A stretch of 62,905 bases of DNA, filler included, from 5 parts of 5 records of this genome joined end to end with filler, not necessarily neighbours in it, one strand, 5' to 3'; numbered from the whole stretch's first letter, positions 1 through 9,805 are shown. The notes: generated by a model not told the origin, from the letters alone. Numbers and translations: made by a program.

Positions 1-1
1 G

Positions 2-613
2 GGGACAGGCAAGGGCGCCGCTCGTCAGGCGCGCCGTGACGGTATGGTACCAGGTATTGTGTTCGGGGGCGACAACGACCCGCTGCCGATCAACATTCCT
101 TTCAACAAGCTGCTGACAATGCTGCGCAAGGGCCGGTTCAAGTCCACCCTGTTCAACATGAAAGTCGAAGGTCACGACGACGTTCGTGTGATCTGCCGCG
201 ACGTTCAGCGCCATGTTGTCAAAGACCTGCCAACGCATGTCGATTTCATGCGCCTCAAGCGTACCACGAAGGTGAACCTGTTCATCAACGTTGAAGTGCA
301 AGGCGAAGACACCTCACCGGGCCTGAAAAAAGGCGGCGTTCTGACGCTGGTCCGTCCAGAAGTTGAACTGGTTGTGACCGCGTCTGACATTCCAGAAAGC
401 CTCGTCATTGACGTGTCTGCACTGGAAATCGGCGACAACCTGACAATTTCCGACGTGACATTGCCAGAAGGTGCCAAGCCAACAATCGACCGTGACTTTG
501 TGATCGCACAGGTGTCCGCGCCTTCCGGTCTGGCCAGCCAGTCCGACGATGACGAAGAAGAAGTCGCAGCAGACGAAGTGCCATCCACAGAGCAATCTGA
601 CGGCGAAGAATAA
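2..613 (+). CDS. rplY: 50S ribosomal protein L25/general stress protein Ctc (5'-truncated by window edge)
   Basis: Frame is open from base 2 ([18 protein letters not shown]). It contains [16 protein letters not shown] and GLKKGGVL and has the acidic C-terminal tail typical of long L25/Ctc. Confidence 0.95.
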   Translation, partial: GTGKGAARQARRDGMVPGIVFGGDNDPLPINIPFNKLLTMLRKGRFKSTLFNMKVEGHDDVRVICRDVQRHVVKDLPTHVDFMRLKRTTKVNLFINVEVQGEDTSPGLKKGGVLTLVRPEVELVVTASDIPESLVIDVSALEIGDNLTISDVTLPEGAKPTIDRDFVIAQVSAPSGLASQSDDDEEEVAADEVPSTEQSDGEE

Positions 614-639
614 GCATCACGCGCCATGCGTATGTGCTG

Positions 640-670
640 AAAGGGGTCGCATCTGCGGCCCCTTTTGTTT
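640..670 (+). terminator. Intrinsic terminator after rplY
   Basis: AAAGGGGTCGC-ATCT-GCGGCCCCTTT hairpin followed by a T-rich tract, 26 bp after the stop. Confidence 0.8.
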
Positions 671-716
671 GTCCGGTGCCCCGCCGCGCAAAAATTTCAA
701 AAAAATTTCCCACCAA

Positions 717-743
717 TGTCCATCAGCGGTCTGCCCGTTCGTC
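717..743 (+). promoter_or_regulatory. Putative ECF-sigma promoter (TGTC...CGTC type) for the SRPBCC-yciI-ECF operon
   Basis: TGTCCAT-N16-CGTC with an A/T-rich tract upstream. It lies 49 bp before the ATG at 792 (RBS GAGAGGA) and resembles ECF41/ECF42-type promoters. Confidence 0.6.
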
Positions 744-791
744 ATGTCTATGAAAGCACCAAGGCTTTCCGACACAGATTGAGAGGACATC

Positions 792-1301
792 ATGACCATT
801 TGGACCATTCTCGCAGGGGGCGCAGGCCTTCTCGCATTGACCGCCGCTGGCACGCTTTTGCTGCCCCGCCACATTCATGTCGAACGCCAAGCGGCGATCG
901 ACGCAGATCCAGCCGCGGTGCTGGCACTGGCCGCATCAAACGAAGGTTATCAGCGGTTTAACCCCTATCTGACGGCAGATCCGGCCCTCAAGATCAACCA
1001 TTTTGGTCCGCAATCCGGCGTTGGATCCGGCTTTGATTTTGATGGCAAGGACGGGACGGGCCGGCAGACAGTTGCAGAAATCAGCGCCGACGCCGTGCGC
1101 TATGACATTGATCTGGGGGCCATGGGCCAACCCACACAAATGATCAAGGCAGTGGCAACGGCCAATGGCACGGATGTGACCTGGAGCATGGACATGGATC
1201 TCGGCTTTAACCCGATGGCGCGTGTCTTTGGCCTTTTCATGGATGGCATGATCGGCAAGACTTTTGAACAGGGCCTGACCAATTTGGCATCCGCAACCTG
1301 A
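792..1301 (+). CDS. SRPBCC (polyketide cyclase/START-like) family protein with N-terminal membrane anchor
   Basis: Hydrophobic N-terminus, LP..HVER, FNPY..DP, T.VTW.M..DLGFNP..R.FGLFMD.MIG..FEQGL.NL; good RBS. Confidence 0.85.
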   Translation: MTIWTILAGGAGLLALTAAGTLLLPRHIHVERQAAIDADPAAVLALAASNEGYQRFNPYLTADPALKINHFGPQSGVGSGFDFDGKDGTGRQTVAEISADAVRYDIDLGAMGQPTQMIKAVATANGTDVTWSMDMDLGFNPMARVFGLFMDGMIGKTFEQGLTNLASAT

Positions 1302-1326
1302 TTTATTGAGACCAAAGGATAGAACA

Positions 1327-1680
1327 ATGCGTTACACATTTTTGCTTTATACCGACCCCGCTGATCTGGCCCATATGACCCCCGAGGATTGGGCGGCCGA
1401 GAAAGAGGTTTATGGCGCCTATATCGGTGCGCTGCACGAGGCCGGCGTGTTTGTGGACACCGATTGGCTGCAACCGGTGCAGACCGCCACAACCCTGTCG
1501 GTCAAAGGCGGCAGCAAGCAGGTGCAGGATGGCCCTTTTGCCGACACCAAGGAAACCTTGGGCGGATATTTCGTAATTGATGTGCCTGATCTGGACGCTG
1601 CGATGGCATGGGCCGAAAAATGCCCCGCTGCAAAGACCGGCAAGGTTGAGATTCGCGCCTCGGCGATGGGCGGGGAATGA
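1327..1680 (+). CDS. YciI-family DGPF protein
   Basis: Signature DGPFADTKETLGGYFVIDV...AMAWAEKCP. The ATG at 1327 follows AAGGA. Confidence 0.9.
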   Translation: MRYTFLLYTDPADLAHMTPEDWAAEKEVYGAYIGALHEAGVFVDTDWLQPVQTATTLSVKGGSKQVQDGPFADTKETLGGYFVIDVPDLDAAMAWAEKCPAAKTGKVEIRASAMGGE

Positions 1681-2879
1681 CCCAGGCCGCCCGCGCTGCC
1701 GAAATGGCGGCGCGGACATCCTATGGGCGGTTGCTGGCTTTTTTGTCGGCCCGCACCCATGACATTGCCCAGGCCGAAGACGCGCTCTCGACTGCGTTCG
1801 CCCGCGCATTGACCCATTGGCCCGCCAAGGGCGTGCCGGACAATCCCGATGCATGGCTGCTTTCGGTGGCGCGCAATCATCTGACCGATCATCAGCGCCG
1901 CCAAACCCGGTTTCCCACGCAAAGCGAGATCCCCGAGATGCCGGACACAGACGCAGATGACAGCACATTCCCCGACGAACGGTTGGCCCTGCTGATGGTC
2001 TGCGCCCATCCGGCCATCGCAGCGGACCTGCACACCCCACTGATGCTGCAAACCGTGTTGGGGATCGACGCAAAGACCATTGCGCGGCTCTTCATGGTCT
2101 CGCCTGCGGCTCTGGCCAAACGGCTGGTGCGGGCCAAGGCCAAGATCCGTGATGCAGGCATCCCGTTTCAAATTCCGGGCGCCGATCAACTGCCCTTGCG
2201 CAGCGCCGCAATTGCCGAAGCGATCTATGCCGTGCACGCCCATGACTGGCTCGACCCAAGTGACGGCATGGGAGAAGAGGCGCTGTATCTCGCGGATCTG
2301 CTGGCCCATCTGTTGCCGGATGACCCAGAGATCAAAGGGCTGGCGGCGCTGATCGCGCTCAGCCATGCACGGGCGCAGGCGCGTGTCCAAAACCGCAGTT
2401 TGGTTCCAACGCCGCAACAGGATGTGACCCTTTGGGATGATCGGCTGATCGCTTATGGCAATCGCCAGCTGACACTGGCCCATAGTTTGGGTCAATGGGG
2501 CCGCTTTCAGATTGAGGCTGCGATAGAAGCGGTTCACATGACCCGAAAGGACAGTGGGCAAACCGATTGGACCGCGCTGAACAAGCTCTACCATGCGCTG
2601 TTGCAACTGGCCCCCACAGCGGGCGCAATGGTCGCACAGGCGGTGGTCACAGCACGATTGCACGGTGCGCAAGCAGGGTTGGAGGCGCTGGACAGGGTCG
2701 AGGCCCAAACCGGCAGCGGCTTTCAACCCTTGTGGGCCGCGCGTGCGGATTTTGCGCTGGAACTGGCGGACCTCAAATTGGCAAATTGTTGTTTTAACAA
2801 GGCAATATCCCTGACCACTGATCTCGCGGTTCTGCGGTTCCTGCGCCAAAAGCGGGACAACCTGCCAGCAGATCCATAG
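1677..2879 (+). CDS. ECF sigma factor with C-terminal DUF6596/TPR extension (ECF42-like)
   Basis: AEDALS.AF..AL..WP..GVPDNP.AWL (sigma2), PDERL.L...CAHPAI, KRLVRAKAKIRDAGIPF (sigma4), FQIEAAI.A.H and TDW..L. ATGA overlap with the DGPF gene. Confidence 0.9.
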   Translation: MTQAARAAEMAARTSYGRLLAFLSARTHDIAQAEDALSTAFARALTHWPAKGVPDNPDAWLLSVARNHLTDHQRRQTRFPTQSEIPEMPDTDADDSTFPDERLALLMVCAHPAIAADLHTPLMLQTVLGIDAKTIARLFMVSPAALAKRLVRAKAKIRDAGIPFQIPGADQLPLRSAAIAEAIYAVHAHDWLDPSDGMGEEALYLADLLAHLLPDDPEIKGLAALIALSHARAQARVQNRSLVPTPQQDVTLWDDRLIAYGNRQLTLAHSLGQWGRFQIEAAIEAVHMTRKDSGQTDWTALNKLYHALLQLAPTAGAMVAQAVVTARLHGAQAGLEALDRVEAQTGSGFQPLWAARADFALELADLKLANCCFNKAISLTTDLAVLRFLRQKRDNLPADP

Positions 2880-2952
2880 GTTTTCTGCCATCCCGAGCAT
2901 TCCCCTCGCCGCGCAGCAGCGTTACAGTGCCGCCCAGTTCAGGAGTGATGTG

Positions 2953-3642
2953 ATGAAATTGATTGTTGGTCTCGGCAACCCCGGTGGCAAATACGCCCGC
3001 AACCGGCACAACATCGGCTTTATGGCCCTTGACCAGATCGCGGCGGATCATGGATTTGCCCCGTGGAAGGGCAAACATCAGGGGAGCGTCAGCGAGGGGC
3101 GTTTTGGCTCTGACCGGGCCGTCTTGCTGAAACCTGAAACCTTTATGAACAACTCAGGCCAATCGGTGCAGGCCGCGATGCGGTTCTACAAGCTGGACCC
3201 GGCAGATGTGATCGTGCTGCACGACGAGATCGACCTCGCCCCCGGCAAGGTCAAATGCAAAAGCGGCGGCGGCCATGCGGGGCACAATGGGTTGCGGTCC
3301 ATCCATGCCCATATCGGGCCGGAGTATGACCGCGTGCGCCTTGGGGTCGGCCATCCTGGTCACAAGGATGCGGTGCCGGGGTATGTGCTGCGCGATTTCC
3401 CCAAGGCCGACGCGGACTGGCTGGACGATGTGCTGCGCGGGATCAGCGATGGCGCGGCCTATCTGGCGGCGGGCGACACCCCAAAGTTCTTGAACGCCGT
3501 GGCCATGCGGGTGAACCCGCCCCGGTCCGGCACAGGCACCAAAGGCCCCAAATCGGCCAAGGCGCCGGATCCTGCCCCGGCAGAAACTGTTGAGGAACCA
3601 CAAAAGTCTCCATTTCAGAAGCTGATGGAGAAGTTCAAGTGA
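2953..3642 (+). CDS. pth: Peptidyl-tRNA hydrolase
   Basis: LIVGLGNPG, RHNIGF, KPETFMNNSG, HDEIDL, GHAGHNGLRS motifs. Confidence 0.97.
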   Translation: MKLIVGLGNPGGKYARNRHNIGFMALDQIAADHGFAPWKGKHQGSVSEGRFGSDRAVLLKPETFMNNSGQSVQAAMRFYKLDPADVIVLHDEIDLAPGKVKCKSGGGHAGHNGLRSIHAHIGPEYDRVRLGVGHPGHKDAVPGYVLRDFPKADADWLDDVLRGISDGAAYLAAGDTPKFLNAVAMRVNPPRSGTGTKGPKSAKAPDPAPAETVEEPQKSPFQKLMEKFK

Positions 3643-4679
3643 ACCTCGCACAGGCGTTTCAGGCGCAGGCCGACACTTGCACACGTATGGGCTCGCCCTT
3701 CATGGGACAACTCTTGCACATTCTCGCAGAGCATTGGCCAGCGACCGGTGCTTTGGCCACCAAGATGGCAGGCTTTGACGGTGACATCGGCCCGGCGGGC
3801 CATTCTCTGCCGCTGCGCATCACAGGTGGGCTGCACGCGCTTGTGCTCAGTGGCCAATCCCCCGAGCTTGCCGCGCTTTACCCGCCCCATGCCGCCTCTG
3901 ACAGCGATCTGCGGGACGGTGTTCTGGCGGCCCTCCAAAAGCGCGAGGCGTTCATGCTGGACTGGACAGACAGCGCGCCGCAAACCAACGAGGTGCGCCG
4001 CTCCGCCGCCTTGATCGCGGGGGCCCATGTCGCCGCGGCCCATTTTGACCTGCCCATCCGGCTCAGCGAATTGGGCGCAAGTGGCGGTCTCAACCTGATG
4101 TGGGATCATTTTGCTGTTGACGCTGGCGGGGTGCGCTTTGGCGCCTCCGATCCGGCTTTGGTTCTGCACCCAGAGTGGGATGGCGCCCTGCCCCCGGAAA
4201 CAACGCCGCTCATCGCAGGCCGTGCTGGCGTTGACCTCAATCCGCTTGACCCAACCACCGGCGATGACCTGCTGCGTCTCTCGGCCTATCTGTGGCCCGA
4301 TCAACCCGAACGTCTTGCCCTGACCCGTGCAGCGGCACGCGTGGCCAATGCGCCGCTGACGCGCGGCGATGCGATTGACTGGCTTGAGCCGCGACTGAAT
4401 GATAGCCCCGAAGGTCAGCTCCACCTGATCCAGCACACGGTCGCATGGCAATACTTTCCCAAAGCCGCGCAGGACCGGGGCCGTGCGTTGATCGAGGCCG
4501 CCGGGGCAAAGGCCACCCCCCGGCGCCCGCTGGCGTGGCTGTCGATGGAAAGCGATGGCGACACCACAGGCAAGATCGGCGCGGCACTGGTGCTGCGGCT
4601 TTGGCCCGGTGATCTCACGCTCAATCTGGGGCGGGCCGATTTCCATGGCCGTTGGATCAACTGGGACTACGCAGGGTAA
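3639..4679 (+). CDS. DUF2332 family protein
   Basis: PQTNEVRRS, ELGASGGLNL, GVDLNPLD, AYLWPDQPERL, ADFHGRWI. GTGA overlap with pth. Confidence 0.85.
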   Translation: MNLAQAFQAQADTCTRMGSPFMGQLLHILAEHWPATGALATKMAGFDGDIGPAGHSLPLRITGGLHALVLSGQSPELAALYPPHAASDSDLRDGVLAALQKREAFMLDWTDSAPQTNEVRRSAALIAGAHVAAAHFDLPIRLSELGASGGLNLMWDHFAVDAGGVRFGASDPALVLHPEWDGALPPETTPLIAGRAGVDLNPLDPTTGDDLLRLSAYLWPDQPERLALTRAAARVANAPLTRGDAIDWLEPRLNDSPEGQLHLIQHTVAWQYFPKAAQDRGRALIEAAGAKATPRRPLAWLSMESDGDTTGKIGAALVLRLWPGDLTLNLGRADFHGRWINWDYAG

Positions 4680-4735
4680 AGCTTGGCATCAAAGACCCGC
4701 CTGTGCTTGGATGATGCAGGGACAGATGGGGGATC

Positions 4736-5902
4736 ATGATGCGTAGGTTCGGTAAATGGCTGGGGCGGTTGCTTTTGGCGCTGGTTCTGGCGGCTGTGGT
4801 CGTTGGCCTGTGGAAACGCGAAGAGATCACGCGCCTGCTGGCGGTGAACTCCCTGTTCAGCGCAGAAAAGATTGTCTCGAACTTCAGCCATATGGACGCG
4901 GCCTTTCTGACCACCCCGGTGCCGCGCGGCAATGGCCCGACCGCGCCGCTGGATTATGGCCCCGAAACCACCCTGCCGTCAGAGGTGGATCAATGGATCA
5001 CGGACCGGACCGTCACCGCGCTTGTGGTGCTCAAGGATGGCGACATCGTTTATGAGAACTACTTTCAGGGCACCGGACCGGATGATCTGCGGATCTCATG
5101 GTCGGTGGCCAAAAGCTACCTCTCGGCGCTTGTTGGGATCTTGCTGGACGAAGGCAAAATCGCATCGCTCGACGATCCGGTCACCCGATATGCACCGCAG
5201 CTGAAGGGCAGCGCCTATGACGGCGCAACCCTGCGCAATGTCCTGCAAATGTCCAGCGGCGTGACCTTTGACGAGGATTACCTCGACAAAAACTCTGACA
5301 TCAACCGGATGGGCCGTATCCTTGCCTTGGGCGGCAAGATGGATGACTTCACCGCGGATTTGACCGAACGCTTCGCAGAACCCGGCCAGCAATGGCAATA
5401 TGTTTCCATCGACACCCATGTGATCGGCATGGTGGTGCGCGGCGCAACAGGGCGCAACATTGCCGACCTGCTCAGCGAAAAAATCATTGTGCCTCTGGGG
5501 GTGGAGCGCAGCCCCTATTACGTCACCGATGGCGTTGGCACCGCCTTTGTTCTGGGCGGTCTCAACCTGACCACCCGCGACTACGCCCGCTTTGCCCAGA
5601 TGTTCGCCCAAGGCGGTGAGTGGCAGGGCCAACAGATCGTTCCGGCAGCCTGGGTTGCGGCCTCAACCACTGCCAGCGCCCCGACGGCACCGGGCAAAAT
5701 CGGCTATGGCTACCAATGGTGGATCCCCCAAGGGGCCGCGCCGGGCGAATACATGGCGCGCGGGGTTTACGGCCAGTACCTTTACATCGACACGGCCCGC
5801 AACGTGGTGATCGCCACCAATGCCGCCGATCGCAAATTCCGCGAGCCGGGCGTCAGCCAGCGCAATATCGACATCTTCCGACTGATCGCCAAAAACCTGT
5901 GA
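4736..5902 (+). CDS. Serine hydrolase, beta-lactamase class C-like (NylB-like) with N-terminal membrane anchor
   Basis: SxxK motif (SWSVAKS), YVSIDT, GGL.LTTRDYARF, YGYQWW, ARGVYGQ. Confidence 0.88.
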   Translation: MMRRFGKWLGRLLLALVLAAVVVGLWKREEITRLLAVNSLFSAEKIVSNFSHMDAAFLTTPVPRGNGPTAPLDYGPETTLPSEVDQWITDRTVTALVVLKDGDIVYENYFQGTGPDDLRISWSVAKSYLSALVGILLDEGKIASLDDPVTRYAPQLKGSAYDGATLRNVLQMSSGVTFDEDYLDKNSDINRMGRILALGGKMDDFTADLTERFAEPGQQWQYVSIDTHVIGMVVRGATGRNIADLLSEKIIVPLGVERSPYYVTDGVGTAFVLGGLNLTTRDYARFAQMFAQGGEWQGQQIVPAAWVAASTTASAPTAPGKIGYGYQWWIPQGAAPGEYMARGVYGQYLYIDTARNVVIATNAADRKFREPGVSQRNIDIFRLIAKNL

Positions 5903-5908
5903 GGGACC

Positions 5909-6295
5909 ATGGAACCTGATCAAAGCATCAATGTGCTGAACGGCCCGCTTGCACTCTGCGGCACCGATCCAGTTACCGGTTTTTTCCGCGACGGGATGTG
6001 CAACACCTGCGCCGAAGATCACGGCAGCCACACGGTCTGCGCCGTGATGACTGCCGAATTTCTCGCCTATTCGAAATATGTCGGCAATGACCTCAGCACG
6101 CCGCGGCCCGAGTTCGGTTTTGCCGGTCTGAACCCCGGCGACACATGGTGCCTCTGCGCGGGCCGGTTTTTGCAAGCCGCCGACGAGGGCTGCGGGCCCA
6201 AGGTCTCGCTCGAAGCCACGCACATCCGCGCCCTCGACGTGGTGCCTTTGCAAACCCTCAAAGACCACGCGTTGCAAAGGCCAGCCAAAGACTAA
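5909..6295 (+). CDS. DUF2237 family protein
   Basis: NVL.GPL..CGTDPVTGFFRDG.C, GNDLSTPRPEFGF.GL.PGD.WCLCA.RF. Confidence 0.9.
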   Translation: MEPDQSINVLNGPLALCGTDPVTGFFRDGMCNTCAEDHGSHTVCAVMTAEFLAYSKYVGNDLSTPRPEFGFAGLNPGDTWCLCAGRFLQAADEGCGPKVSLEATHIRALDVVPLQTLKDHALQRPAKD

Positions 6296-6304
6296 CCCTA
6301 CCCT

Positions 6305-6347
6305 CCTTTTTGGCCCTAAATACCTCCGGGGGTTTGGGGGCTGGCCC
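6305..6347. repeat. Roseobacter-type intergenic REP-like element truncated at the contig end
   Basis: TTGGCCCTAAATACCTCCGGGGGTTTGGGGGCTGGCCC resembles, from recall, the GGGGTTTGGGGGC..GCCCCCA palindromic intergenic repeats of Rhodobacteraceae. It sits exactly at the assembly break. Confidence 0.5.
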
Positions 6348-6447
6348 NNNNNNNNNNNNNNNNNNNNNNNNNNNNNNNNNNNNNNNNNNNNTTAATTAAT
6401 TAANNNNNNNNNNNNNNNNNNNNNNNNNNNNNNNNNNNNNNNNNNNN
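6348..6447. other. Artificial contig-joining spacer
   Basis: 44 N + TTAATTAATTAA (6392-6403, stop codons in all six frames) + 44 N. Confidence 0.98.
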
Positions 6448-7020
6448 GGCGTTCAGCGTGTCGAAGATGGTCTCCACCAGGATGATATCGGCCCCACCCG
6501 CAATGAGACCGCGGGTAGCTTCGGCATAGGCAATGCGCAGATCATCAAAGGAAACAGCACGGTAGCCCGGATTGTTCACATCCGGCGAGATCGACGCGGT
6601 CCGATTGGTCGGGCCAAGCGCGCCGGCGACGAAACGCGGCCGGGACGGATCCTGTGCCGTGACCTTGTCGCAGGCTTCACGCGCGAGTTTCGCGCTTTCG
6701 AAGTTCAGCTCATAGGCCAGCTCTTCCATGCCGTAGTCGGCTTGGGCGATCGTCGTGGAGGAGAAGGTGTTGGTCTCGACGATGTCGGCACCGGCTTCCA
6801 GATAATCGACATGGATCTTCCGGATCGCTTCCGGCTGCGTCAGGCTCAGCAGATCGTTGTTGCCCTTGATGTCGCTCGGCCAGTCCTTGAAGCGGTCACC
6901 GCGGTAGGCCGCTTCATCCAGTTTCAGAAGCTGGATTTCCGTGCCCATGGCACCGTCAAGGACGAGAATACGGGTCTTGGCGAGGTCACGGAGGCGCTCG
7001 AAGGCGTCTGACTTGATCAC
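6448..7020 (-). CDS. metH: B12-dependent methionine synthase, N-terminal homocysteine-binding domain (3'-truncated at gap)
   Basis: [69 protein letters not shown]. Confidence 0.96.
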
Positions 7021-7097
7021 GGGGTTTCCTTCCGGAAATTTCTGTTGGTTTGGCCGGCGGAAGCCGGCGTGATTTAACTGTGCAACCGGACAGCGTG

Positions 7098-7382
7098 TCA
7101 GCTGTCCCGGTCGGTATCGTTGTAAGAGGCGTCCCAGAACTTGGTGCGGCTGTGAACGTCGTCTTCGGTCGGGTGCCAGTCTTCGCCGCGTGCCTCATAA
7201 ACGGCCAGGAGCCCGAGAATTTCGAGGGCCGAATGCCCGCGGAACTCGTGGTCCTTGTCGGTGGCGACGATCAGACGATTGTTGTCCGCGCCCATGTCGA
7301 CGACATGAAGCTCGAAGCCCTTCTCGCGCAACACCGCATAGGCGGTCGATTCAATGGCATCGGCAGTGCTTAACTTGATCAT
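7098..7382 (-). CDS. Small hypothetical protein (94 aa) between metF and metH
   Basis: ATG at 7382 preceded by [29 protein letters not shown]...[19 protein letters not shown] has globular composition and is co-oriented with the operon. Confidence 0.7.
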   Translation of the reverse strand: MIKLSTADAIESTAYAVLREKGFELHVVDMGADNNRLIVATDKDHEFRGHSALEILGLLAVYEARGEDWHPTEDDVHSRTKFWDASYNDTDRDS

Positions 7383-7566
7383 CTCGCTCCGCTTCCCGCT
7401 TGGTTTCCGGCCGTTCCTGTCCTGAATGACAGCAGCGTGTCCCGGCTGCGCCGATACCCCCAACCCTGCCCCACCCAGATAAGGGTAAGGGGCCAAGAGG
7501 GGGCATCCGCTCTAAATCCAAAACAACTGGCTCGTTTCTGCGCCCGGCCCGGCCGCCTCGCCTCCC

Positions 7567-8481
7567 TCAGGCTGCCAGGGTTTCCTTGGTTTCCGGCTGC
7601 CCCATGCCAAGCATGTGGCAGATGGCAAAGGTCAGGTCGGCTCGGTTCATGGTGTAGAAATGGAAGTCGTTGATGCCGCGGTCGACCAGGTCCATCACCT
7701 GTTCGCAGGCAACCGAAACGCCAACCAGCTTCCGGGTTTCCGGATCGTTGGTCAGGCCGGCAAAACGCCGAGCCAGCCACTGCGGAATGGAGGTGCCGCA
7801 CTTGGCGGAGAACACCATCGTCTGTTCGAAATTGTGGATCGGCAGAATGCCCGGGATCACCGGAATATTGATGCCGGCGGCCGCAATCCGGTCGAGGTAA
7901 TCATCGAACAGGTCATTGTCGAAGAAGTACTGGGTAATGATCCGGTCCGCACCGGCGTCGACCTTGCGCTTCAGATTGTCGATCTCTTTCTGCCAATTGC
8001 CGCTTTCCGGATGCCTTTCCGGATAGCCGGAGACGGAAATATCGAAATTGGCGATCTTCTTGACGCCTTCAACCAGGTCGGTCGCATAGGCATAGCCCTC
8101 CGGATGCGGCACGTAACGCGAGCCGATGCCGTCGAGCGGGTCACCGCGCAGCGCCACCAGATGACGCACGCCCAGATCCCAGTAGTCCTTGACGATCGTA
8201 TCGATTTCGCTGCGCGCCGCACCGACACAGGTCAGGTGCGCCGCCGGTGCAAGGTCGGTTTCCTTCAGGATCCGCTCGACAGTGCGATGCGTGCGCTCGC
8301 GGGTGGAACCGCCTGCACCATAGGTCACGGAAACAAAGGACGGGCTGAGCGGCGCCAGTCGCTGAACCGTCTGCCACAGCGTCTCCGCCATCTTGTCGGA
8401 CTTCGGCGGGAAAAATTCGAACGAAGCCGTGATTGGCGAAGGTGCGGCCTGGTGAGACCGGCGGTTGGAACAGGTTGTCAT
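7567..8481 (-). CDS. metF: 5,10-methylenetetrahydrofolate reductase
   Basis: SFEFFPPK, FVSVTYGAGGSTRERT, AHLTCV, ALRGD, GYPE.HPE, KVDAGA..IITQYFF, HFYTMN. Start placed at ATG 8481, just after the upstream stop. Confidence 0.96.
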   Translation of the reverse strand: MTTCSNRRSHQAAPSPITASFEFFPPKSDKMAETLWQTVQRLAPLSPSFVSVTYGAGGSTRERTHRTVERILKETDLAPAAHLTCVGAARSEIDTIVKDYWDLGVRHLVALRGDPLDGIGSRYVPHPEGYAYATDLVEGVKKIANFDISVSGYPERHPESGNWQKEIDNLKRKVDAGADRIITQYFFDNDLFDDYLDRIAAAGINIPVIPGILPIHNFEQTMVFSAKCGTSIPQWLARRFAGLTNDPETRKLVGVSVACEQVMDLVDRGINDFHFYTMNRADLTFAICHMLGMGQPETKETLAA

Positions 8482-8482
8482 G

Positions 8483-9505
8483 TTAGGCGACCTCTCGGGA
8501 CGTGTCTCGGGCAGGCAGGTCGGTGACAATTCGGCGGTCACGCGCAAGCCAAAGGGTTACGGTAAGGTTGGTGTCGTTGCCGTCTCCCGGAACAAGATCG
8601 GTGACCTGTTCCAGGTCCAGTTCGAGCGCTTCAAGCCAGCGCTCCATCTGGTCATGGGCAAAGCCCAGGCGACGATGCGCGTGTTTTTCGCGCAGGAACT
8701 CCAGCTGATGCGGAGCAAAATCGATGATCAACAGGCGGCCGCCGGGACGCAGCGCACGGGCAGCCTCATTGAGCGCCCTTGCCGGTTCCTCAAGGAAGTG
8801 CAGCACCTGGTGGATCGCCACGACATCGAAGGACCGTGGCGGCACATTCAGTGCGTAAACATCGCCATGGCGCACCTGGGCGTTTGAAAGCCCGGCCTTG
8901 GCGAGGTTCGCGCGGGCAACGGCAAGCATGTCATGCGAGGCATCGACACCGAGTGCCGTCGCATACTGGTCTGCAAACACTTCCAGCAACCGGCCGGTGC
9001 CGGTGCCAAGGTCGAGGAACGACTGGAACGGCTTGTCGCCCAGTGCCTTGCGCATCGCCTTCTCGACATCGTCTTCGGAAACATGCAGCGAACGCTCCCG
9101 GTCCCAGGTAAGCGCGCGGGCTGCAAAATATGCAGCCGCCTCGTCCGCCTTGGCCTTGCGGATCGCCCGAAACCGTTCCTGGTCGGCCGCCAGCACCGGG
9201 TCTTCCAGGGAAATACGGGCAACAAGATCGCGTGCAAGCTGGCCTTCAGGACCATCCGCCAACCGGTAGTAGACCCAGGCCCCTTCAGGGAACCGCTGAA
9301 TGAGATCCGCTTCGGCAAGCAGCTTCAGATGACGGGAGATGCGCGGCTGGCTCTGTCCGAGGATCGCCGTGGCATCCTTCACCGTCAGCTCGCTTTCCGC
9401 CAGAAGCGCAATCAGCCTCAGGCGCGTCGCCTCGCCGACAGCCCTCAGGGCGGCCAGGGTATCGTCAACGGACAGGGTCTGTTCTTCGGTCATGCGCTTC
9501 GCCAT
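8483..9505 (-). CDS. sahR: ArsR-family HTH fused to a SAM-dependent methyltransferase-like domain; SahR-type methionine/SAM-cycle regulator
   Basis: ArsR HTH (RLRLIALL...QSQPRISRHLKLL) plus LDLGTGTG and HQVLHFL. First gene of the metF-metH operon with a palindromic operator upstream. Confidence 0.85.
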   Translation of the reverse strand: MAKRMTEEQTLSVDDTLAALRAVGEATRLRLIALLAESELTVKDATAILGQSQPRISRHLKLLAEADLIQRFPEGAWVYYRLADGPEGQLARDLVARISLEDPVLAADQERFRAIRKAKADEAAAYFAARALTWDRERSLHVSEDDVEKAMRKALGDKPFQSFLDLGTGTGRLLEVFADQYATALGVDASHDMLAVARANLAKAGLSNAQVRHGDVYALNVPPRSFDVVAIHQVLHFLEEPARALNEAARALRPGGRLLIIDFAPHQLEFLREKHAHRRLGFAHDQMERWLEALELDLEQVTDLVPGDGNDTNLTVTLWLARDRRIVTDLPARDTSREVA

Positions 9506-9513
9506 CAATGTCG

Positions 9514-9533
9514 ATATAAAGATATCTTTATAT
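9514..9533. promoter_or_regulatory. SahR-type operator, perfect 20-bp palindrome
   Basis: ATATAAAGATATCTTTATAT equals its own reverse complement. It lies 8 bp upstream of the regulator ATG and overlaps a probable -10 (TTGCAC on the minus strand at 9548-9553). Confidence 0.85.
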
Positions 9534-9805
9534 AAAATCGAAGCGCCGTGCAAGAGATCAAAACAAATACGACACTGATTGGTCCGTATTCGTCGAAATT
9601 ACGCCCACAGGAGAAAAACGAGAGCCGACCTGCGCACCACCTCGCATCCGCTGAGCGGGGCCATCAGCACAAATGGAACGAGCCACTTCAGGTCAGGTGA
9701 GCAGCCTTACGCAGTCTTGAGCTCGGGCAAGGGCAATAGCCCAGCCCTCGCGTGACACGCCGAATTGCACCACCTCCCGCATCGGAGCAATGCGGGAGCG
9801 CTGAC

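Noticed and set aside
6392..6403. TTAATTAATTAA recurring four times, which could look like a biological repeat or CtrA-like site
   Set aside because: Always centred in identical N-runs; it is a synthetic all-frame-stop linker.
7066..7090. GGCGTGATTTAACTGTGCAACC upstream of metH resembles the start of a SAM-II riboswitch
   Set aside because: It is on the strand opposite to metH, and the closing stem and GCTAAA 3' segment are missing.
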